Shown here piece by piece: positions 8,278 to 15,397 of a stretch of 22,036 nucleotides of DNA. A program made the translations under genes and the position numbers. The notes under the pieces are model-generated. The model was not told the DNA's origin and did no database searches. It was given only the letters and a program-made list of their open reading frames with translations. Numbering within the stretch: the first letter of the stretch is position 1; each line of letters opens with the position of its first letter. The stretch is from Candidatus Aegiribacteria sp. GTDB lineage: Bacteria > Fermentibacterota > Fermentibacteria > Fermentibacterales > JCC-6. The stretch lies in NCBI GenBank assembly GCA_046498225.1, contig JAWOBF010000100.1, forward strand, positions 1 through 22,036. The letters run 5' to 3'.

Positions 8278-9687
8278 ATGGGACAGGTCTCCAGGTACCT
8301 GGTACTGGTGATTCTGGCGCTGGTCCTTACCGCGTTGATCTACGCCCCTCTGCTGGACTGCTTCTTCGACCCGCAGGAATTCAAGAGCGTGCTCAATCCC
8401 CTGGTGGCCCGGCAGCCCATGGGCCAGTACCTGGCGGAAGCCTGGGGCCAGACCGTGGAGGACGGAACCAGGCTGGTCTTTTTCAGGCCCCTGACCAGCA
8501 TAAGCTTTCTCCTTGACTACCACCTCTGGGGCATCGCTCCCACGGGCTACCGCCTTTTCAACGTGTTGATACACCTGACGATCGTCTTCCTCACCATACC
8601 CCTGGCCAGACGTCTGGGGGTTCGCAAATTCTGGTGGTTTCCGCCACTGGTGATGATCTGCCATCCCGGCTGCATGGAGGCGGTCTGGCTTATAGTGGCC
8701 AGACATGACCTTCTGGCCGCCGGCTTCTCGCTTCTGGCTCTTATCCTGACGCTTGACGTTAAGCAGGGAAAGCTCCGCGGCGCAGCCGGTTCACTTCCAT
8801 TCCTGGCGGCCCTGCTGGCCGCCGCCTCCAAGGAGCAGGGAATGGTGAACTTCCTGACCCTTCCCCTCCTCTTCCTGCTCTGGCCCGACGGCAAGCCCGA
8901 CCGCAGGGCGCGGATCTGGTTCTGGGCGTCCCTTCCAATGGCAGCGCTGCTCACACTGGGATCGAGGCTGGCGGTATTCGGAACACACATAGGCGGATAC
9001 GGCGGATATACGCCACTGAAATTCTGGCCCATGGAGATGTACACCGTGATCCTGCAGGCCAGCGGCGCCTTCTACATGAGCCTGCCGCTGATGAGATACA
9101 CAACGGTGCTCCTGGTGGCAGCCATCCTGGTCTCGCCCCTCCTGAAGTCCCGCCGCCGCTTGCGCAGGTACGGCACAATATTCCTGGTTCTTAGCGCCTA
9201 CAGCGCCCAGGCCCTTCTGGCGGGGCCGGCCAAGCACTACGTTTACGCCCTGGCGGCCTCCGCCGCCCTGATCCTGGGCTGGGCCCTGGAGCATGGCTGG
9301 TCGGGCGCTCGAAGACCTGCCTGGATGCGCTTTGCCGCAGCGGCTGTATTTTTGGTTCTCCTGCTGCTGGCCTCACTGAAGACACAGTCCCAGATGAAGG
9401 TGTTCTGGGAGCCGGCAAGATCCGTTTACGAAGCTCTGGAAAACAGGGCCGACGAGGTAGCCGCCCTGGACAGCGTGGCAGTGGTCCTTTCCTCCCGGTC
9501 ACCGGAGGGGGAGGAGTGCCGGCTGATCAGGCGGTTCCTGCTGTACCTCCGTCCGGATTCGGACGTCCGGTTCAGGTACGTCAGATCGGTATCGGAGCTG
9601 CGTCCCGGAGAGGACTATCTGGTCTGGGAGAGCGACAGCCTCGCCCTGCGCGCCACAATGGACGAAGGTGCCGGGCACTTGAATTGA
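8278..9687 (+). CDS. Polytopic membrane protein, GT-C fold glycosyltransferase-like (TMTC/ArnT-type)
   Basis: FFRPLTSISFLLDYHLWG..PTGYRLFNVLIH, HP...EAVWLIVARHDLLA and LAAASKEQG motifs; about 11-12 TM segments; GC-rich. Confidence 0.82.
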   Translation: MGQVSRYLVLVILALVLTALIYAPLLDCFFDPQEFKSVLNPLVARQPMGQYLAEAWGQTVEDGTRLVFFRPLTSISFLLDYHLWGIAPTGYRLFNVLIHLTIVFLTIPLARRLGVRKFWWFPPLVMICHPGCMEAVWLIVARHDLLAAGFSLLALILTLDVKQGKLRGAAGSLPFLAALLAAASKEQGMVNFLTLPLLFLLWPDGKPDRRARIWFWASLPMAALLTLGSRLAVFGTHIGGYGGYTPLKFWPMEMYTVILQASGAFYMSLPLMRYTTVLLVAAILVSPLLKSRRRLRRYGTIFLVLSAYSAQALLAGPAKHYVYALAASAALILGWALEHGWSGARRPAWMRFAAAAVFLVLLLLASLKTQSQMKVFWEPARSVYEALENRADEVAALDSVAVVLSSRSPEGEECRLIRRFLLYLRPDSDVRFRYVRSVSELRPGEDYLVWESDSLALRATMDEGAGHLN

Positions 9688-9692
9688 ACGAC

Positions 9693-9815
9693 TGCTGTTA
9701 CGAGGCATGGCCAGGAGGCTACACGGTCTACCGCGCATTAGCGGAGGCGGGGATTCACTGCAAAGTGGTCGCCCCCTCCATGATTCCCAAACAGAGCAGA
9801 TCCCGGGTTATCACA
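9693..9815 (+). mobile_element. Short N-terminal-domain fragment of an IS110-family transposase
   Basis: CCYEAWPGGYTVYRALAEAGIHCKVVAPSMIPKQSRSRVIT matches the IS110 DEDD-domain pattern CYEAGPxGyxLyRxLxxxGixCxVVAPSxIPkxxGdRVKT. It stops just before the KTDxxDA Asp residues. Confidence 0.85.
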
Positions 9816-9930
9816 CTCAGGAACGAAAAACTGTCATTTTACCCTTGTGCGGGTAATTTGATTGACAAAGAGGATTCTGACCATGATGGCCACTTAGATG
9901 CAGCCGTATCTCGGGGAGATGGAACAGCAG

Positions 9931-10000
9931 TTTTGCCAGCTGAAGCCCTCGATCGATGGTGAACCGATTTTCGAGATGTGCAGCTCACTCTCGAAGCCGC
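9931..10000. repeat. Repeat family C, copy 2
   Basis: 69/70 identical to 7942-8011. Confidence 0.97.
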
Positions 10001-10017
10001 AGCGGGCTTTACAGCAC

Positions 10018-10060
10018 TTGACCGCCGCAAACGGTTAAGTATTTTAGCAAATAATGAAAT
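10018..10060 (+). promoter_or_regulatory. Putative sigma70 promoter with overlapping ArsR-type operator
   Basis: TTGACC-N16-TATTTT followed by the imperfect inverted repeat ATTTTA-N8-TGAAAT, just upstream of the arsR-family RBS GGAGG. Confidence 0.4.
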
Positions 10061-10069
10061 GGAGGATCC

Positions 10070-10405
10070 ATGGACGAAGCGCGGCTGGCCGACGTCATGA
10101 AGGCGCTGGCCTCCGAGACCAGGCTGAGGATGCTGGCCCTGCTGGGCCGCCATCCCCTCTGTGCAGGCGCCATTGCGAGGAAGACCGGCATCTCCCCCTC
10201 TGCGGCATCGCAGCACCTGCGGATACTCCGTTCGGCCGGACTGGTGGATGACACCCGCCGCGGCAGCCACGTGCACTACTCACTGGACAAGGAGAGGCTC
10301 CGCGAGATGGAGGCCGCACTGGAGACCTTGCTGAGGTTCGGGGAGGATACCCCTTGCCGGAGACCCGAAGGGGAGTGCGACTCGATGGACGCGGATTATC
10401 GATGA
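10070..10405 (+). CDS. ArsR/SmtB-family transcriptional regulator
   Basis: MKALASETRLRMLALL...LCAGAIARKTGISPSAASQHLRILRSAGLV...RRGSHVHYSL winged HTH; RBS GGAGG. Confidence 0.95.
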   Translation: MDEARLADVMKALASETRLRMLALLGRHPLCAGAIARKTGISPSAASQHLRILRSAGLVDDTRRGSHVHYSLDKERLREMEAALETLLRFGEDTPCRRPEGECDSMDADYR

Positions 10406-10416
10406 GAGGAGCTGAC

Positions 10417-10557
10417 ATGCACGGTCAAAAGAAGGGCGAATGCGAGCATCCCGAGAGACGGGACGACTCGCGAACCCGCCCCCTGCCATTGAGGTTCAAT
10501 CTGACGGAAGCCCCAGGCGGCATTGCCGTCGCGTGCTTCACCTTTCGGAGAGGATGA
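10417..10557 (+). pseudogene. Small ORF, probably a truncated Cys/His-rich ArsR-associated peptide
   Basis: RBS GAGGAG then MHGQKKGECEHPERR...; the N-terminus recalls small Cys-rich proteins found after ArsR genes (from memory, not searched). The remainder looks unrelated. Confidence 0.35.
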
Positions 10558-11492
10558 GGATGCCATCTGCCATCGAGGTTGACGGGCTGAGCAGGAGTTT
10601 CGGGGAAACAGTCGCGGTGGACCGGGTCTCCTTCTCGGTTGCGAAAGGCGAGGTCTTCGCCTTCCTGGGACCCAATGGCGCCGGCAAGACCACTACCGTG
10701 CGGATGCTCACCGGCGTGCTTACACCTACTTCGGGGACGGCCACAATCATGGGCTACGACATCCGCACCAGTCCCCTGCAGTCCAGGGCGACCATCGCCG
10801 TGGTGCCGGAGGAGTCCAACGTTTACATGGACCTCAGCGTCCGCCGCAACGTCATGCTCATGGCCGAGCTGTACGGCATAGACCGGCGGACAAGGCTGGA
10901 GAGGTCCGCCGTCCTGCTGGAGCAGCTGGGGCTTGCCGACCGGGCCGGCCAGAAGGCTGCGGCCCTCTCCAAGGGCCTCCGTCAGAGGCTCGTGCTGGCC
11001 GCGGCCCTGGTGACCAGACCGGAGGTGCTGTTCCTGGATGAGCCCACCAGCGGCCTGGACGTCCACAGCGCCCGTCTGATAAGGGATATCGTATCCGATC
11101 TCAGAGACGAGGGTATCACCGTCTTCCTTACAACCCATAACATGGAGGAGGCCGGGGAGCTTTGCTCCCGGATAGCCATAATCAAGGAGGGAAGCCTGGT
11201 GGCCATCGACACCCCCGGCAGGCTGCGCAGCGCCATCCGGAGCAGCCAGTTCGTGGAGGTAGGCCTGGGCGGCCCGGTCTCTGGCGATCAGCTGGAGGCC
11301 CTGGAAGGCGTAACCGGCCTGGAGCGGGCCGGAGAGCTGTGGCGGCTGCTGACCCCCGACCCGGGCGCCACGGCGCTGGCGGTGGTGGAGCACGCCCGGC
11401 GGCGGGGACTGAAGCTCTCGCACATATGCACGCGCAAGCCCAGCCTGGAGGAGGTCTTTCTGCGCCTTACCGAAGAGGGAGGGACACGATGA
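10554..11492 (+). CDS. ABC transporter ATP-binding protein (DrrA/CcmA-like exporter)
   Basis: Walker A GPNGAGKTT, signature LSKGLRQRL, Walker B VLFLDEPTSGLD, H-loop TTHNMEEA and C-terminal PSLEEVFL. Start is 10554 or 10560. Confidence 0.95.
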   Translation: MRMPSAIEVDGLSRSFGETVAVDRVSFSVAKGEVFAFLGPNGAGKTTTVRMLTGVLTPTSGTATIMGYDIRTSPLQSRATIAVVPEESNVYMDLSVRRNVMLMAELYGIDRRTRLERSAVLLEQLGLADRAGQKAAALSKGLRQRLVLAAALVTRPEVLFLDEPTSGLDVHSARLIRDIVSDLRDEGITVFLTTHNMEEAGELCSRIAIIKEGSLVAIDTPGRLRSAIRSSQFVEVGLGGPVSGDQLEALEGVTGLERAGELWRLLTPDPGATALAVVEHARRRGLKLSHICTRKPSLEEVFLRLTEEGGTR

Positions 11493-12259
11493 CGGCCAGG
11501 GCCGAGAGGGCTGCCGGCTGGAGAAGGCAGACCCACGGCGCCCTGGTGGTGCTGAAGAAGAATGCCCTGCTGTACTACCTCAAACCTCCGGTACTGATAT
11601 TCGGGGTCCTCTTTCCCGTCTTCTTCTACATCGCCTTTCGCATGGGAAGGCCGGTCCCCGCGGCGACAGTAGTCCCCGGAATGGTAGCCATGGCTCTGTG
11701 GTTCACCGCCAGCGCAGTGGGTCCCCTGGTGACTCCATGGGAAAGGACGGCTCGAACCTACGAGCGGCTGATATCCACTCCCCTGGGAGTGCCCGCGATA
11801 CTGGCGGGCGACGTGCTGAGCGGCTTTCTGTTCGGCATCGTCATCTCGTCTCTGCCGGTGGCCCTGGGGCTGCTTCTCACCGAGGCTGCGGTGAAGAGCT
11901 GGCCGCTGCTGGTCGGAGGCACCGTCCTCTCCGCCCTCTGCTTCTCCTCCATGGGCGTACTGCTGGCGGCTCCTCCTGTCCGAGGACCCTCCAATATCAT
12001 GCTGCTGTCCAACCTGGTCCGCCTTCCACTTATCTTCGTCAGCGGCGTCTTCGTGCCGCTTGCGGAAATGCCCGAGTGGGTGCGCTGGATAGCCCCGCTA
12101 TCCCCCCTCTCCTACGGATCCGCCGCGATAAGGACCGCCTTCGGTCAGTCCACATGGCTGTCGCCGGGACTGTCGCTGGCCATGCTCCTGGCCTACAGCG
12201 CGGTGCTGTTCGCCCTGGCCTGCATGTTCCACAGTATGGGAAGGTCCCGCGGGCTCTAG
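11489..12259 (+). CDS. ABC-2 type transporter permease
   Basis: ATGA overlap with the ATPase; six TM segments; ERTARTYERLISTP and FVSGVFVPLAEMPEWVRWIAPLSPLSY. Confidence 0.93.
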   Translation: MTARAERAAGWRRQTHGALVVLKKNALLYYLKPPVLIFGVLFPVFFYIAFRMGRPVPAATVVPGMVAMALWFTASAVGPLVTPWERTARTYERLISTPLGVPAILAGDVLSGFLFGIVISSLPVALGLLLTEAAVKSWPLLVGGTVLSALCFSSMGVLLAAPPVRGPSNIMLLSNLVRLPLIFVSGVFVPLAEMPEWVRWIAPLSPLSYGSAAIRTAFGQSTWLSPGLSLAMLLAYSAVLFALACMFHSMGRSRGL

Positions 12260-12267
12260 CGGACCGC

Positions 12268-12297
12268 CACCTCAGCCCCTGGAACAGAGGCTGGGTG
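12268..12297 (+). terminator. Hairpin after ABC operon (possible terminator, no U-tract)
   Basis: CACC-T-CAGCC-C-CTG-gaa-CAG-A-GGCTG-GGTG starts 9 nt after the stop codon. Confidence 0.35.
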
Positions 12298-12308
12298 AAT
12301 GTTCACCC

Positions 12309-12490
12309 ATCCGGCTTCAGAGGAGAAGTACGACCTGATGAGGCGCTTCCTGCGAAAACCGGCGATAACTCCTGCTTGCCTGAGAATGTTCCTGTCAGTA
12401 TTGTCGCTTTCAGATCGAAACTGAAGGCCTTTGTTAGGATGAATGGACTGCTGCCGGAACCCGCGGGACCTGGAATACATGAGCCATCCT
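12309..12490 (+). repeat. Dispersed repeat family A, copy 3
   Basis: gcttcctgcgaaaaccggcgataact...gtcagtattgtcgctttcagatcgaaactgaaggc...ggatgaatggactgct aligns closely with 14622-14727. Confidence 0.88.
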
Positions 12491-12587
12491 CACTGCGGGG
12501 AACAGCGAACAAGGCGGGAAATTCTTGCAAATAATGCTCCTTCAAGTTAATGAGTACAGTCGAGTAACCGGACGGGGAAGTGTTCTG

Positions 12588-13127
12588 ATGAAGCATTTTA
12601 AGGAAGAAAACGGCAAATACGTCTTTACATCCACCGACAACCGGAGATTCAGGAATATCTTCAGTATTGCCATGGTCTTCTCGGTCATCCTGCCGATGGC
12701 GATCGCGGCCGTTCTCTATTTTCTGGTACCCGAAGACAGCTTCTCCGGGACCGACCGCTACGTGGTCGTGATCGTACTGCTTGTATTTATACCGGTTGAG
12801 CTGATGATCATGCTCTTCGTTCGGAAACGGGTAGTTGGAGGCGGTACGATTGAACTCGACTACATGCAGGGCCGGCTCTCATACGGTTCAGGTTCCGGCA
12901 GACGGGAATTCGGAACGGGCGAGGTAAGGAAAGTAGTAGTAAGCGGTACCGGAAGCACCTACGGTATGGGTAGCCTGGCAAGCCGCTTCACCATAAAACT
13001 GCTGACCGACAGTGGAGAGATCAGTACGGTATCTCTGAGATACAGAGACTTGGCTCTTGAGGTGGCAGGGGAGCTGGCATCACTTCTCAGCGCGGACCTG
13101 AAGGATGAGACCGGGACGGATCACTGA
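12588..13127 (+). CDS. Hypothetical membrane protein (2 TM helices plus PH-like soluble domain)
   Basis: ATG after GGGGAAG; two hydrophobic helices followed by a beta-rich C-terminal domain. Confidence 0.7.
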   Translation: MKHFKEENGKYVFTSTDNRRFRNIFSIAMVFSVILPMAIAAVLYFLVPEDSFSGTDRYVVVIVLLVFIPVELMIMLFVRKRVVGGGTIELDYMQGRLSYGSGSGRREFGTGEVRKVVVSGTGSTYGMGSLASRFTIKLLTDSGEISTVSLRYRDLALEVAGELASLLSADLKDETGTDH

Positions 13128-13135
13128 CGCGTTCC

Positions 13136-13232
13136 GAGGGGCTTTTCCGCCGGTCTTGTTTTCAGGATGCTTCTCGAAGAGAACACCATCCCGGAGGAGC
13201 TGGTGGATACGATTCGTTCTTGGAAGCACAGC
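13136..13232 (+). mobile_element. Short frameshifted fragment of an IS91-family (Y2 rolling-circle) transposase
   Basis: EGLFRR/(+1 shift)/LVFRMLLEENTIPEELVDTIRSWKHS resembles the IS91-like segment ELFRxxVFxMLLxEGkIxEELVxxxxSWxHSGF. Recognised from memory of the family. Confidence 0.65.
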
Positions 13233-13325
13233 AGCAGCCTTATGACCGGACTCACCGTTTGACAGGTTCAGGAGGCGGTAATGCGCTCATTGGAACAGGG
13301 ACATAATACACCGAAAGGAACTGCC

Positions 13326-14471
13326 ATGAAAGCATTGTTTTCATCACTTTTCAGCTTCCTCGTCATCGTGATGCTGTCATGCGGCGCACAGCGGGAGGAT
13401 GAGGCTCGTCCCCGGCCCCGGCTTCAGCCGGACACTCTTACGATAACCGTGGAGGATACGATAGGACTTATGACGGGTGACAGCAATTACGTCTTCGGCA
13501 ACATTACGGAAGCCGAACTCGGTCCCGAAGGGAACATATATGTGCTCGACGGACTCCTGTGCAGACTTTCGATCTTCTCACCGGAAGGTGAACATATCGA
13601 ATCCGTCGGCAGGGCCGGCAGCGGACCCGGTGAGTACCAGTATCCGCGAAGCATGGCGCTGTACGAGGACGGCAGCCTGGTGATAAGCGACTGGCCCGCG
13701 GCCACGATAACCTATCTCGGACCGGACCTGGGCTTCGACACTGTCCTGACGACATTCGGACAACTCTCTCCTCACTCGGTGGAACCCCTCCCCGGAGGTG
13801 AATACGTGGGTGGAGGCCTGGAATACAGGACCGGGGGAGAGATGCCCGAGGGTGACCTGTTCCTTGCCAGGTATGGGAGGGACGTGGACCCGAAAGCTGT
13901 CCTCTGGCGTTCACCGCTGATGATTGACGTTGTCATGGAGAACGGCGAAGCTGGTGTTTACATCAGTAACGCCGACGCGGTGTGGGACACCTCCCTGGAG
14001 GGTGATATCTACCTCAGCGTGCGTTCCGACAGCACCTGGTGGTTCATGGGAATGTCGCCGGATGGCGATACCCTGCTGTATCTGAACAGGGAATGGGAAA
14101 GGGTCCCCAAGAGCCCCGAGGAACTTGCCAGGGGAGAATACCTGGAATCCCTGTCATTCAGTGACGGCGCCAGCACCTCCATAAGCAGGCGCAGGGACAC
14201 TGAGAACCTGATACCCTGGAGGCAGGCCATTTCCAGCTTGGACGTGGACGATCAGGGCCGGATCTGGCTTGGTCAGGGATGGTCGGACAGGCCGGTCTTC
14301 GAGGTGTACGATGAAGAGGGCTCCCTTCTTTTCGTAGCCGCCGTGCCTGGTCTGGCAGGTACGGAAGGAATAGAGTACAGCATCAGAGGCTCGCGTATGA
14401 TCGGATACGATACGGAACCCATGGACTACCCGAAGGTATACCTCATGGACATCGGCATTTCCGAAGAGTAG
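13326..14471 (+). CDS. 6-bladed beta-propeller (NHL-like) lipoprotein
   Basis: RBS AAAGGA; lipobox MLSC; GNIYVLD, GRAGSGPGEYQYP and LDVDDQGRIWL motifs. Confidence 0.85.
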   Translation: MKALFSSLFSFLVIVMLSCGAQREDEARPRPRLQPDTLTITVEDTIGLMTGDSNYVFGNITEAELGPEGNIYVLDGLLCRLSIFSPEGEHIESVGRAGSGPGEYQYPRSMALYEDGSLVISDWPAATITYLGPDLGFDTVLTTFGQLSPHSVEPLPGGEYVGGGLEYRTGGEMPEGDLFLARYGRDVDPKAVLWRSPLMIDVVMENGEAGVYISNADAVWDTSLEGDIYLSVRSDSTWWFMGMSPDGDTLLYLNREWERVPKSPEELARGEYLESLSFSDGASTSISRRRDTENLIPWRQAISSLDVDDQGRIWLGQGWSDRPVFEVYDEEGSLLFVAAVPGLAGTEGIEYSIRGSRMIGYDTEPMDYPKVYLMDIGISEE

Positions 14472-14621
14472 AGTGAAATCATTCGTGTCATATGACATGC
14501 GGGTCTATCAATAGAGGCACTGTCCGCTTAGGAGAAGAAGCATATGTACAGGCTCGTATACAAGAGCACCAGCGGGTAACCCATAGACAGGGATGCTGCA
14601 TTGCGTCGCGGCCGCGGCGCT

Positions 14622-14770
14622 GCTTCCGGTGAAAACCTGCAGTAACTGGTGTTTGTCTGAGCATGTTTCGGTCAGTTTATTGTTTTCAGATCGGAACTGA
14701 AGACTTTCTGGGATGGATGGACTGCTTTTGAAGCCGGTAGTGAGACTGAGTGAAACTCCACTGTCCCATT
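14622..14770 (+). repeat. Dispersed repeat family A, copy 4
   Basis: The 5' part aligns with copy 3 and the 3' part with copy 1; it folds into three stems on the + strand. Confidence 0.88.
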
Positions 14771-14820
14771 TCCAGTGAAGGTACTGATCCACCGCAGGAT
14801 CTGAAAGGCTGGTAATTCAA

Positions 14821-15240
14821 ATGAGGACACGACTGATACTGGCACTGGCAGTTACGCTTGCTTTTCCGGTAATGCTGACATCATGCGATTCAGACCCGCA
14901 GACGATAACGGTAGAACCATCGTCGGTCCTTCTGTCGCAGTGGGAGACCGCCTGGAACAACATGGATGTCAACGGTATTGACGAACTGATCAACAGCGAT
15001 TTTGTACATCACCTGAGAGAAAGCGACTGGGCGGATTATAACGGCGACGGAATCATAGACTCATGCTGGAACGAAGATACTGAACTTACCCAGGCTGCCA
15101 GCACCTTCAATAACGCAGATTCTATCTATTATTCCCTGAACGACTTTTCCGGGCCGACGGACTCACTCTGGGGTGGAGACAGCACAGGAAACTCGTTCTG
15201 GAGATCTACACTTCTTCGGTCAGGCCATTCCGTTCATTGA
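14821..15240 (+). pseudogene. Lipoprotein (NTF2/SnoaL-like, EF-hand-like DYNGDG loop), apparently 3'-truncated by repeat B
   Basis: Lipobox LTSC; WETAWNNMDVNGIDELINSDF. The last codons and the stop (RSGHSVH*) are supplied by repeat B copy 2. Confidence 0.6.
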
Positions 15241-15336
15241 CTGGCTGAATCTGCTTCAGTATCATGCAATCAAGCTCAGTAATTGACGGAACTGGAGCAA
15301 GAACGCAGGTTCCAGACAATATCATATAACAGATTG
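15219..15336. repeat. Dispersed repeat family B, copy 2
   Basis: gtcaggccattccgttcattgactggctgaatctgcttcagtatcatgcaatcaagc...gacaatatcatataacagattg matches 5202-5326. Confidence 0.92.
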
Positions 15337-15397
15337 CAGAGGTTGTGAAATCCAGTTTTCCATTGCCATCCTTATCTTTGTTTCCCTGGTGTAATTA

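Noticed and set aside
12311..12365. Hammerhead-like CTGATGA...GAAA
   Set aside because: Stem II needs an extra base, stem I does not pair, and the core is not kept in the other A copies.
12299..12424. Small ORF MFTHPASEEKYDLMRRFL... as a truncated gene
   Set aside because: It lies almost wholly within repeat A3, in a frame not conserved in A2.
12362..12440. attC-like TAAC...GTTAG in A3
   Set aside because: Poor RYYYAAC/GTTRRRY match, no end-to-end dyad, the GTT is absent in other copies, and no intI is in the window.
15245..15312. Reverse complement of B shares short words with A (AACCTGC, CTGAGCwTG, ACTGAAG)
   Set aside because: Spacing between the words differs, so this cannot be distinguished from chance by eye.
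5202..15336. CRISPR or other regular repeat-spacer array
   Set aside because: The repeats are long, diverged and separated by whole genes; no cas genes.
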